The notes below the pieces were generated by a model. The model was not told where the DNA came from. It did no database searches and was given only the letters and a program-made list of their open reading frames with translations. From Minisyncoccia bacterium (GTDB taxonomy: Bacteria > Patescibacteriota > Minisyncoccia > Phycocordibacterales > Zambryskibacteraceae), in assembly GCA_049304335.1 (NCBI GenBank), contig JBAQOA010000014.1:1-53405 (forward strand): a DNA stretch of 53,405 nucleotides, written 5' to 3'. The position numbers were made by a program, and so were the translations under genes. Shown piece after piece: positions 41,985-50,488 of the stretch. Within the stretch, counting starts at the first letter, position 1; every line of letters begins with the position of its first letter.

Positions 41985-42883
41985 TTGCGGAGTTTAACAA
42001 AAATTAAAAGAACTAGTGAGACGCCAGACATGATTCCAAAAATTATCCAGAAGTCGAGATGCGTCCCAATTATTGGAATGTGCTGTGCTGGAATAGTAAA
42101 GATTGCAGAAATAAGAGTGGCAGGCATTGTTAGGAAAGCCAAGATAGTAAGGGTGTTTATAATTTCGTTTTGCTTTGTATTTAAAAGTTGGGCATTTGTT
42201 TCTTGCAGCTCATGCACAATTTCACTTTCACTCTTTAAAGAACCTTTAACTTTCTCAAATGATCCCAGAATGGACATTTTGTATGTTTCTCCAAAGTGTT
42301 TCTCAGTAAGTTCTCCTAATTGGTGCAAAATTCTTTCATGTGGCTCAAGAATTTTTCTGAAATTGAGCATCATACGAGAAATTCTCGAAAGCTGAAAAAC
42401 CATCTTTTTTTCATGGCCCGCAAAAATATGTTCTTCGGCTTCACGTACCATACTCTCCATAACCTCTAATTCGTCGTACATATTTTCATAGAGTCTGGTA
42501 AGGATTGCCGAGAAAAGCAGAGGGCCGTCAGCAGCAGTTGTATTTTCATGCTCAATAATGGATTCAACTTCAACTAATTTACTAAAATGATCTAACGCAG
42601 AAACCGGCTCATAGTGTGCGGTAATAACAAAATCTCTCCCCACCACGAAATCTATCTCAACAGCATCATTGCTTTCTTTGTGTGATTTTGGAAAGTGAAA
42701 TACAGAATATAAAACACCATCAGCCATCATTGCCATTGGTCTATCAGATGGCGATACGAGCTCATCTACTAAGTGTATCGGTATTTTTTTCTCATCAAGC
42801 AAAGACTTAATTTCGTCACGAGTGGGTGATGATAAATCAATCCAGACGGCAGGGGATACATTACGTTCAATTTTCATATACAA
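41975..42883 (-). CDS. CorA-like divalent cation transporter lacking the GMN motif
   Basis: CorA-like cytoplasmic domain and two C-terminal TM helices. The loop reads AIFTIPAQHIP where YGMNF is expected. Confidence 0.6.
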   Translation of the reverse strand: MYMKIERNVSPAVWIDLSSPTRDEIKSLLDEKKIPIHLVDELVSPSDRPMAMMADGVLYSVFHFPKSHKESNDAVEIDFVVGRDFVITAHYEPVSALDHFSKLVEVESIIEHENTTAADGPLLFSAILTRLYENMYDELEVMESMVREAEEHIFAGHEKKMVFQLSRISRMMLNFRKILEPHERILHQLGELTEKHFGETYKMSILGSFEKVKGSLKSESEIVHELQETNAQLLNTKQNEIINTLTILAFLTMPATLISAIFTIPAQHIPIIGTHLDFWIIFGIMSGVSLVLLIFVKLRKWI

Positions 42884-42970
42884 AATTATAACATCCCAAA
42901 ACTAATTCTATTTACCCAACGCACACAGATTTCCCTTTAAGTTTAAATCTTTTATGAGATAATTTCGTGA

Positions 42971-44242
42971 ATGCGAAACAACGCTCATATTTCAAAAGGC
43001 GCACTTTATATAATTCTTGTGACCGTAGGGTTTTATGCGGGTTTTCATGTAGGTGAAGGGAAATTGCTTTCTGCAGTGCCTGTGGTTTCCGACACTGAAA
43101 ACACAACGGCTGATAAGGCTGATTTTGCACCGTTTTGGAAAGTGTGGAACATCTTGGACCAAAAATTTGTTTCAACTACAGCATCTTCTTCTGAAAAAGT
43201 TACCAATCAGGACAAGGTTTGGGGAGCGATTCAGGGATTGTCCGCCACATTTCATGATCCATACACAGTGTTTTTTCCACCAGTCCAAGCTCAAATGTTT
43301 CAGGATAGTGTAAGAGGAAATTTCGAAGGTGTTGGAATGGAAGTGACAATGAAAGACGGCGTATTGGTTGTAATAGCGCCCATAAAAGATAGCCCAGCCT
43401 ATAAAGCCGGCGTTAAGGCGGGAGATTCAATAATAAAAATTGATGATAAATCCATTTCTGGTTTAAGCACCGAACAAGCGGTGGCTTTGATAAAAGGCAA
43501 GAAGGGGACTGCAGTGAAGTTTACAATAATGCGCAATGGTTCAAAGTTGCCTGTAGAAATTTCAGTTATCCGCGACACAATAAACATTCCGGCAATTAGC
43601 ACAAAAATGTTGGATGGCGGAATTTATGTAATTGAACTCTATAATTTTTCCGCAACATCTCCAGAATTGTTTAGAAATGCTTTGCGGGGGTTTGTAAACT
43701 CACACACAGACAAACTCATTTTAGATTTGCGAGGAAATCCCGGAGGATACTTAGAGGCCGCAATCGATATGGCAAGCTGGTTCCTACCAATGGGTAAACC
43801 TGTTGTGAAAGAAGATTTTGGGAAAAAACAGGACGCCATTGTTTATAAGAGTAAGGGCTACAATATTTTTAATGACAAACTAAAGATGGTCATCTTAATC
43901 GATGGCGGTTCAGCTTCTGCTTCTGAAATCTTGGCTGGAGCACTGAGCGAACATCAAATTGCCGTTTTGGTGGGCCAAAAAAGTTTTGGTAAGGGCTCCG
44001 TACAAGAGTTGATTCCAATCACCGCAGACACCTCTTTGAAGGTTACAGTGGCCCGCTGGCTTACACCTAATGGTTCATCTATTTCACTTCAGGGAGTAAA
44101 GCCTGATTACTCAGTAGTATTAGACCAAGAGAAATACAAAGTGGGAGTAGACACACAGGTCAAAAAGGCAGAGGATATACTTCTTGATCAGTCATTCTGG
44201 AACGCCAGATGGCATGACAGGGATATTACTCAAGCACAATAA
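42971..44242 (+). CDS. ctpA: carboxy-terminal processing protease (S41) with PDZ domain
   Basis: PDZ segment (GVKAGDSIIKIDD), LRGNPGGYL and DGGSASASEIL. Confidence 0.85.
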   Translation: MRNNAHISKGALYIILVTVGFYAGFHVGEGKLLSAVPVVSDTENTTADKADFAPFWKVWNILDQKFVSTTASSSEKVTNQDKVWGAIQGLSATFHDPYTVFFPPVQAQMFQDSVRGNFEGVGMEVTMKDGVLVVIAPIKDSPAYKAGVKAGDSIIKIDDKSISGLSTEQAVALIKGKKGTAVKFTIMRNGSKLPVEISVIRDTINIPAISTKMLDGGIYVIELYNFSATSPELFRNALRGFVNSHTDKLILDLRGNPGGYLEAAIDMASWFLPMGKPVVKEDFGKKQDAIVYKSKGYNIFNDKLKMVILIDGGSASASEILAGALSEHQIAVLVGQKSFGKGSVQELIPITADTSLKVTVARWLTPNGSSISLQGVKPDYSVVLDQEKYKVGVDTQVKKAEDILLDQSFWNARWHDRDITQAQ

Positions 44243-44247
44243 ACACT

Positions 44248-44383
44248 ATGAAATCCCGTAGTAGAAAATGGCATTCGAGCAACTATGAGATAATAAAACA
44301 AATGATCGGTCGAAAGTTTAGAAATAATATAAGCATGTCTCGGAAGTTTGCTCGAAAGAGCAATGCCATTTTTCACTAACCGG
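44248..44383 (+). repeat. copy C of the ~130-nt hairpin-ended element abutting a start codon
   Basis: ATGAAATCCCGTAGTAGAAAATGGCATTCGAGCAAC..GTCGAA..TTGCTCGAAAGAGCAATGCCATTTTTCACTAACCGG is directly followed by ATGAAAG (rplI start, 44384). The left ATG lies 5 nt after the ctpA stop. Confidence 0.85.
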
Positions 44384-44827
44384 ATGAAAGTTATCCTTCT
44401 AAAAGATGTACCGAAAGTCGGTAGAAAGTTTGAGGTAAAAGAAGTATCTGATGGATACGCTACAAATCTTTTGCTTCCAAGAGGCTTAGCAGAAAAAGCT
44501 ACACCGCAGGCACTTACTGAGCTAAAAAAACAAATTGATGAAAGTTCAGCTTCTGAAAAAATTCAGCAAGAACTTTTGCATAAAAATTTTGATTCATTAA
44601 AAAAGGCTGAAATAAAAATACAAAAACCCGCAAACGAAGAAGGACACTTATTCGCGGGAGTGAAAGCCGATGAACTTAAAAACGCTATTGAAGCTCAACT
44701 CGGCATAGTTTTGCCTAAAAATTTTATTGAATTAGAACATCCACTAAAAACAACTGGAGAGCATTTGGTTAAAATTCAATCAGGAGAGCAAAATGCTAGT
44801 ATAAAAATAATTATTGATGCTAATTAA
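44384..44827 (+). CDS. rplI: 50S ribosomal protein L9
   Basis: MKVILLKDVPKVGRKFEVKEVSDGYATNLLLPRGLA. Track ORF trimmed by 12 codons that belong to the repeat. Confidence 0.9.
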   Translation: MKVILLKDVPKVGRKFEVKEVSDGYATNLLLPRGLAEKATPQALTELKKQIDESSASEKIQQELLHKNFDSLKKAEIKIQKPANEEGHLFAGVKADELKNAIEAQLGIVLPKNFIELEHPLKTTGEHLVKIQSGEQNASIKIIIDAN

Positions 44828-44832
44828 ATGAA

Positions 44833-44864
44833 AACAGCACACCCATTGTTCGGGGTGTGCTGTT
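44833..44864. terminator. bidirectional 12-bp hairpin terminator
   Basis: AACAGCACACCC..GGGTGTGCTGTT, lying between convergent genes. Confidence 0.7.
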
Positions 44865-44869
44865 TGGTA

Positions 44870-45103
44870 CTAGGTGTGCTTTGTGACGTGGAAGTCGTAT
44901 AGCTCTCGCTTGATGTGGACGTGGCAGCGGGGGCACTCAATGCAACACGGTACAGTGTGCACTACTTGAGGGTCAGCGTGGCAGGAGCAGTGACATATTT
45001 CATCATCTGAAACATGCATTGCTCCTTGCGTGTGTCCACATGAGTAGCACGTGAGCGATGCTCCCAAGTCGCGACCACAGCTCTGGCAGCGGTTATGCAG
45101 CAT
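44870..45103 (-). CDS. GC-rich Cys/His-rich small protein (putative multi-zinc-binding)
   Basis: Trimmed to ATG 45103, which lies 5 nt after GGAGG. CxxC..CxxC..CxCxC..CCxxCxxC pattern in 77 aa. Confidence 0.5.
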   Translation of the reverse strand: MLHNRCQSCGRDLGASLTCYSCGHTQGAMHVSDDEICHCSCHADPQVVHTVPCCIECPRCHVHIKRELYDFHVTKHT

Positions 45104-45150
45104 AAGCACCTCCACTGGTGCTAGTGATTCTAGACAAATTTTAACACAAA

Positions 45151-45429
45151 CTACTGAGGGATGACATCAAAAACTTTCTTTGATTTTGATTCGCCGTTGA
45201 AGTGTGTTTTTCTCTTTGAACGGATTTCTAATTTGCCTGAAATAATAGAGTAAAGGGTTCTGTCAGAGCCCATACCAACGTTAAGACCTGGGAGAATGTG
45301 TGTGCCTCTTTGACGTACTAAAATTGAGCCAGCTTGAACAATGGCACCTGGGTTTACCTTTATTCCTAAATATTTTGGATTTGAATCTCGGCCGTTTTTT
45401 GTTGTACCCGCGGCCTTCTTATGTGCCAT
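45151..45429 (-). CDS. rpmA: 50S ribosomal protein L27
   Basis: [34 protein letters not shown]. Confidence 0.9.
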   Translation of the reverse strand: MAHKKAAGTTKNGRDSNPKYLGIKVNPGAIVQAGSILVRQRGTHILPGLNVGMGSDRTLYSIISGKLEIRSKRKTHFNGESKSKKVFDVIPQ

Positions 45430-45451
45430 ATTGTTATAATATTATAGAGAC

Positions 45452-45652
45452 ATGAATATAGCAGAAGAAGGGAAGTGGCGCAAGTCTTTTCATGCTGTCA
45501 GAGAGCGTCTAAACGACCCTATAAATAGTAGAAAGCCATTCATAATAAGTATCTCTATTCTTGTAGTTTTGCTCATTTTTGGGCTATTTTTGCTCGAAAA
45601 ACAGCTCCTAGAAAGACCTCCAGTTCGCATTTATCAGGACAAAAGCATATAG
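45452..45652 (+). CDS. small single-TM hypothetical protein
   Basis: TATTAT at 45440-45445 ends 6 nt before the ATG. One TM helix (FIISISILVVLLIFGLFLL). Confidence 0.45.
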   Translation: MNIAEEGKWRKSFHAVRERLNDPINSRKPFIISISILVVLLIFGLFLLEKQLLERPPVRIYQDKSI

Positions 45653-45922
45653 TCTGAAAACATTGCCAAAAAGCCCAAAATATGGTGTTATATAAATATA
45701 CATTATAGGGCTACATAGAGCCATATAATTGCTAATTTTCGTCCAAAAATGCTTGACAGAGAGGTCAGAATTTGCTAGTATATAAACATCCCAGTTGAGC
45801 TGGGGTTTTATTTTGGAGATGTTTGCTTGCAGAAGTGAAAGATACAAACATCACCATTATCAGCTAATAAAAGGCTTATCTTATCTTTAACAACTCTCGG
45901 TTTACTCGCAGCAAATGTAAGT

Positions 45923-46330
45923 ATGAACGCGGCGGCTATGGTTCCAGCAAACAACCAGAATATCCCGTCAAAACCGGCAATAGTCACACAGAAGGGTCAA
46001 ACCTCAAAAGGGAAGACCGTTCGACAGCAAGTAGAAGAATACTTTGCGGATATTCCAATGCTCATAAGAGTAGCGGAATGTGAATCACGTTTTCGTCAGT
46101 ATGACGCAGACGGCGATGTGTTCCGTGGGGTAGTCCCTGCTGACGTCGGTGTGATGCAGATTAATGAGAGGTATTGGGGGGAAACAGCCGAAAAAATTGG
46201 CATAAACCTCTACTCTACCGAAGGCAATATGCAATATGCACGTTACCTTTATCTCAAAGAAGGGCTTCGTCCTTGGAAATCTTCATCCGCTTGTTGGACT
46301 AAAGGCACTGAACTTGCACTAGCTAAGTAA
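45923..46330 (+). CDS. SLT-type lytic transglycosylase domain protein; N-terminus probably disrupted or mis-called
   Basis: AECESRF (catalytic Glu-Ser) and GVMQINERYW. The in-frame upstream sequence encodes a signal-peptide-like KRLILSLTTLGLLAANVS but has no start codon. Confidence 0.65.
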   Translation: MNAAAMVPANNQNIPSKPAIVTQKGQTSKGKTVRQQVEEYFADIPMLIRVAECESRFRQYDADGDVFRGVVPADVGVMQINERYWGETAEKIGINLYSTEGNMQYARYLYLKEGLRPWKSSSACWTKGTELALAK

Positions 46331-46343
46331 ATCAAATCAAAAG

Positions 46344-46365
46344 GCTCATCTCGAAAGGGGTGAGC
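46344..46365. terminator. hairpin terminator
   Basis: GCTCATC tcgaaagg GGTGAGC, followed by TTTTTG on the plus strand. Confidence 0.55.
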
Positions 46366-46431
46366 TTTTTGATTGTATTATTTTAAAAATTCCATATAGT
46401 CTGCCACAGAAACTTTCATGGAGTTATTGCA

Positions 46432-46707
46432 ATGGCAACGACAGTGCAGGAACTCAGGGGCTTTGTCTTTGTATGGCAAAGTGATTGGGCTCATCACCGC
46501 GCCTCGGTAATTTCGGACGCTGCCCGCAGAAGGAATCGTCGCTACAGAGATGGAATCCGACAGATTTGCGCCAACATGGGTTGGAAGCGTCCCGAACTTG
46601 CTAGAGGCGAGACGAAGCTCGACAAAGCCTCTGAGCGCATTTACTGCCGTCTTGTGGATGATTGGAACAGTATCCACTGGACAGTAATCCGTGCGCCACT
46701 TCGATAA
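46432..46707 (+). CDS. GC-rich hypothetical 91-aa protein (strand assignment tentative)
   Basis: GGAG lies 8 nt before the ATG and a GC-rich hairpin follows the stop. The antisense 112-aa ORF starts at TTG without an SD. Confidence 0.4.
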   Translation: MATTVQELRGFVFVWQSDWAHHRASVISDAARRRNRRYRDGIRQICANMGWKRPELARGETKLDKASERIYCRLVDDWNSIHWTVIRAPLR

Positions 46708-46723
46708 GTAGCACAAAACACAA

Positions 46724-46747
46724 GGCGCCGACTCACTAGTCGGCGCC
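46724..46747. terminator. GC-rich hairpin terminator
   Basis: GGCGCCGACT cact AGTCGGCGCC. It shares the GCGCCGACT/AGTCGGCGC core with the hairpin at 899-926. Confidence 0.65.
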
Positions 46748-46754
46748 TCACTGT

Positions 46755-47198
46755 TTATTCAATAACAACCGGTTTGATCCTTTTTCCAATATAAATTGTT
46801 GAAATAAAAAATAGCGTACTAGAAATTGCAGAGCTAATGCAGTATATACACCATGCATTTAATACCCATCCTTGAATATAGGTTAGGTAAAGTGAAAAAA
46901 GAAATCCAATTCCAGAAATAAGGGTAAGAAGCTTTAAAACCATCAATTGATTTTTCTTTTCAAAAAACAAAAATGAACCAATAAAAAGTGGTAAATAATA
47001 CAAAAGCCCCAAATAGGAGACAGGAATGCCAAAAAATGAAGAGTAGGTGCTAGCAGCCACCACATCACACTTGAAGTTGATTGTGCATGGGGGAATCAGG
47101 CCCTTAAAATGCTCATAGGACAAGAAAAAGGCATCAAGAAATCCAATAGCTGATAAAAATATTAGTACTGTTGAATATCTTGTGTGTTGGTCTCGCAT
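46755..47198 (-). CDS. VKOR-family (vitamin K epoxide reductase-like) membrane oxidoreductase
   Basis: Four TM helices, loop Cys pair PPCTINFKC and CxxC (CIYC) in the last helix. It lies adjacent to a DsbA-like gene. Confidence 0.75.
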   Translation of the reverse strand: MRDQHTRYSTVLIFLSAIGFLDAFFLSYEHFKGLIPPCTINFKCDVVAASTYSSFFGIPVSYLGLLYYLPLFIGSFLFFEKKNQLMVLKLLTLISGIGFLFSLYLTYIQGWVLNAWCIYCISSAISSTLFFISTIYIGKRIKPVVIE

Positions 47199-47199
47199 T

Positions 47200-47841
47200 T
47201 TATTTAAGTGCAGTTTCTATGATTTGTTGAAACTCTGTACCACTTGAAGGAAGTTTAATTAGCTTTCCGTTCACAAATAGGGTAGGGGTACCACTTAAAT
47301 TAAGGTTCTGCGCTTCTAATCTACCTGCTTTCACAACATCTTCCGCAGTTTTTGATTTTGAATCGATTTCAAACTTAACTACATCAAGTCCAATTTGTTT
47401 TGCGTATGCGTTGAATTTTTCTTGTGGATTCACATCAAGTTCCCAATCTCTTTGATTCAGGTACAAGGCATCCAACATTTCAAAAAATTTTCCTTGCGTC
47501 CCAGCAGCCTCCGCCGCCATGGCTGATGCCAAGGCATTGTTGTGAATTTCTAAGAGTGGAAAATGTCTAAAAACAATTGCAACCTGTCCTTTGTAAATTT
47601 CGAAGGCTTGCTTCAATAGGGAAGCGTATGTGGCACAGGCCGGGCATTGAAAATCGCCGTATTCAACAATAATGACCTTCGCATTCATGTTTCCGAGAAT
47701 ATGATCTGTTGCTAATACTGGATATTTTGATAAATCAGTTGTACTAGTTGTAGTACTGCTACTATTTCGTGAAGTTAGTCCGATAACTACGAAGCACAAT
47801 ACTAAAAGTCCAACCAAGCCCCAAATCCATTTATTTTTCAT
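47200..47841 (-). CDS. DsbA-like thiol:disulfide oxidoreductase, membrane-anchored
   Basis: CPAC in YGDFQCPACATY. N-terminal TM helix. Confidence 0.8.
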   Translation of the reverse strand: MKNKWIWGLVGLLVLCFVVIGLTSRNSSSTTTSTTDLSKYPVLATDHILGNMNAKVIIVEYGDFQCPACATYASLLKQAFEIYKGQVAIVFRHFPLLEIHNNALASAMAAEAAGTQGKFFEMLDALYLNQRDWELDVNPQEKFNAYAKQIGLDVVKFEIDSKSKTAEDVVKAGRLEAQNLNLSGTPTLFVNGKLIKLPSSGTEFQQIIETALK

Positions 47842-47961
47842 ATCGATAATTGTATCCTCAATTCATTTAAAAACAATTTGAGTAAAAATATTGCTGGCAT
47901 TGACTACAAGCAATTTTATCAGTATTGTCTTAGCAGATGTAAATCATGAGGATTAGAGCAA

Positions 47962-48330
47962 ATGACAAAAATGGTCTTCATTGCTCACCCGATGTCAGGG
48001 GATATCAGGGGCAACACTCGGAGGGTGGAGGAAATCTGCCGATCTGTGCACACCCTTGATGTCATACCAGTTTTCCCGAGCTTCGTCTGGCGCAGGTATC
48101 TCAAGGAAGTGAAGAAGTGCGGGTACCAGAGTTCTCTCGCTTCTCGCGTCAATGATGAATACTTCAAGCGCAAGTTTATTGACGAGGTTTGGCTTTACGG
48201 CGACAGAATCACGAACGGAATGCTCGCAGAGATTCTGTTGGCGTGGAAGTACCACATCCCTGTAATAGGGAAGACACCGGAAACGATACGCATGCTCAAG
48301 CAGTACGAGCGCGAATACGGTCGCACCTGA
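47962..48330 (+). CDS. GC-rich nucleoside 2-deoxyribosyltransferase-like (DUF4406/DUF1937-type) protein
   Basis: VFIAHPMSGD start and WLYGDRITNGMLAEILLAWKYHIPV end resemble that fold family; this is a memory-based call. GAGGA lies 9 nt before the ATG. Confidence 0.4.
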   Translation: MTKMVFIAHPMSGDIRGNTRRVEEICRSVHTLDVIPVFPSFVWRRYLKEVKKCGYQSSLASRVNDEYFKRKFIDEVWLYGDRITNGMLAEILLAWKYHIPVIGKTPETIRMLKQYEREYGRT

Positions 48331-48340
48331 ACTGCTCCCA

Positions 48341-48368
48341 CCCGCCAAGTCTTTTGACCTCTGGCGGG
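48341..48368 (+). terminator. GC-rich hairpin terminator
   Basis: CCCGCCA..TGGCGGG followed by TTTGTGTTTATTTATTTTT. Confidence 0.65.
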
Positions 48369-48640
48369 TTTGTGTTTATTTATTTTTAATAAAGTAGGAA
48401 TTTATTTGTATGTCAGACAATCAGTGCCAGTGTTTTGCTTTTGATTTAAAGTGTTGAGGCTTTAATAGGGGGGCGCCTTTCCTTGCTAGGAGACTTGCTG
48501 GTATTAGTCGCACAATATATCTTTTGCGACACTAACCTAGGGCAAATGGGTCCCCCACTACTAATAAGAATTTTAGAAGGATGCTTATTAAATGTACTTA
48601 TATTTATTAATTATCTATTTGTGCACTCAACAAACTTTCT

Positions 48641-49891
48641 TTACCTCACCTCCCCCATATATGGTATGCGCAAACTTTTTTGAATATTTATCTTTTCTCC
48701 GTTTTTTTGTAAAGCTTTCAAACTTTGTCCCAAAATCACTGTTTGGCTACCAAAACGTCTATCAAGTAAATCTACTGCCCTAAACACACTTTTCCATTTT
48801 TCCGAAGCCCAAAAATGCCCAAAAAGGTCTCTCTGAGCAACCTCTATAGGTGTGAGCTCGGCCAAAGTAATACCTGTAGCACGATATTTATTCCGTGCAT
48901 CATAAATGCTGTCAAAAGTATTTTTGATCTCATTCATTATCAAAGCTGGCGTGTTTAATGCGTTTGTTAAAGGAATTTCAAATCTTTTATAAGTAAACTC
49001 TTTTGTTTTTAAGAAATAATAAATTCTTTTACTTGCAAGTTTATAATCACGAGCACGTGAACAAGCGCCTTCTACATTTTTTGAAAGTTGAGACAATAAA
49101 AATGCTTTGTTTGATGTGGCCGGCGTGAAGCTTCTGGTCTTTTGAATGCTCTTTTGGGTTTCAGCTTCATTGCTAGTAATAGTGTTTATTTGTGTGCCCC
49201 TAAGCTCATGCCAAATACTTATAAAAGGCTTGCTCAGGTGAATCTCAACCCATCTTTCGTTCTTTTCTACCAAGTCAAAAGCCGTACTTACACCCAAACT
49301 TCGAAGAAGTGTTGCCGTCTCGGGCCCCACTCCCCACACGTTCCCTATTCCCAGAGTTTTTAAAAAACCATTTATTTTCTCTTTATAAATAATTGTTAGG
49401 CCGTCAGGTTTTTGCCATTTGGATGCGATTTTTGCCAAAACTTTTGTAGGAGCAAGGCCTACAGAAAATGTAATACCAAGCTCACGCTTCAAATCGTTTT
49501 TTATGCTTTCCGCTATTTCTTCATATGATTTTTTATAGAGCGTATCCAAGCCTGTAATGTCCGCAAAACATTCATCAATACTGTATTCAGAAACTAAATC
49601 CGTGTATCTGCGCACAATGTTGTACATCCTTTGCGCAAAAGTGCCATATGTTTGAAAGTTTGAAGCCACCACAACCACTTGCGGGTAAAGCTTTTTAATT
49701 TGAAAAACTGGCATCCCTCTATATATACCAAGCGCCTTGGCTTCAGGACTCATAGCAGAAGCAATGCCACGCTCATGACCTGTGACAACGGGTTTACCTT
49801 TTAGCTCTGGGTTTAGGGCAATTTCACACGACGCAAAAAATGAGTCGCCGTCAATATGAATAATTGCAGGGCCTGAAAATTTATTTGCCAT
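48641..49891 (-). CDS. Y-family translesion DNA polymerase (DinB/UmuC-like)
   Basis: IIHIDGDSFFASCE and YSIDECFADITG catalytic motifs. It overlaps the lexA 3' end by 11 nt. Confidence 0.85.
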   Translation of the reverse strand: MANKFSGPAIIHIDGDSFFASCEIALNPELKGKPVVTGHERGIASAMSPEAKALGIYRGMPVFQIKKLYPQVVVVASNFQTYGTFAQRMYNIVRRYTDLVSEYSIDECFADITGLDTLYKKSYEEIAESIKNDLKRELGITFSVGLAPTKVLAKIASKWQKPDGLTIIYKEKINGFLKTLGIGNVWGVGPETATLLRSLGVSTAFDLVEKNERWVEIHLSKPFISIWHELRGTQINTITSNEAETQKSIQKTRSFTPATSNKAFLLSQLSKNVEGACSRARDYKLASKRIYYFLKTKEFTYKRFEIPLTNALNTPALIMNEIKNTFDSIYDARNKYRATGITLAELTPIEVAQRDLFGHFWASEKWKSVFRAVDLLDRRFGSQTVILGQSLKALQKNGEKINIQKSLRIPYMGEVR

Positions 49892-50444
49892 ATTTTCTAA
49901 CTACTCCTTTTACAACTGCAGTGATTTGTAATTCATTTTTTGGATAAATATTTTTGTATTTTTTGTTTGCGGGTTCAAGGAAAATTCGCTTGCCGGCATT
50001 GCGGTAGTATTTCATCGTATATTCGCCGTCAATTTCGGCTATCACTATGTCGCCATCTTTGGCACTTTTGCCTCTTTCTACTATTACCAAATCACCAGAC
50101 ACGATACCGGCATCTTTCATTGAGTCCCCTTTCACTTTCAATAAAAAAGAAGCCTCTGTATTTTCAATTAAATATTCATCCAGACTCATTGTGTCTAGAA
50201 GTTCTTCCGATGCGCTTGTCGGGAATCCTGCTTCCACAAGTCCGAGCACTTTTAGTTCGCCAAGATTCTTGGGAATGAGTTTGCCCGTACTGTCTTTGCT
50301 CAAAACACCCCTTTCAATTAATTTGTTCACGAAATAAGAAACTGCGCTTTTGCTTTTGTATCCTAGAATTTTTTCCATTTCAGAATAACTAGGCATTCTG
50401 TGCTGGGCTCTATAAAAATGGAGAATTTTTTCTTGATTTTTCAC
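49881..50444 (-). CDS. lexA: LexA repressor (wHTH plus S24 peptidase)
   Basis: N-terminal wHTH SYSEMEKILGYKSKSAVSYFVNKL, cleavage-site VEAG, and GDSM plus a downstream Lys. The GTG start lies 6 nt after TATAAT. Confidence 0.85.
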   Translation of the reverse strand: MKNQEKILHFYRAQHRMPSYSEMEKILGYKSKSAVSYFVNKLIERGVLSKDSTGKLIPKNLGELKVLGLVEAGFPTSASEELLDTMSLDEYLIENTEASFLLKVKGDSMKDAGIVSGDLVIVERGKSAKDGDIVIAEIDGEYTMKYYRNAGKRIFLEPANKKYKNIYPKNELQITAVVKGVVRKYGK

Positions 50445-50459
50445 TCCTTTATTATATTA

Positions 50460-50471
50460 GAACAATCGTAC
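50460..50471. promoter_or_regulatory. LexA (Cheo-type) box GAACAATCGTAC abutting the lexA -10 element
   Basis: GAAC-N4-GTAC, which matches 7 of 8 positions of GAAC-N4-GTTC. It sits 3 nt upstream of the TATAAT (50456-50451, minus strand). Confidence 0.55.
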
Positions 50472-50488
50472 TAATGCTAATTGAATAA

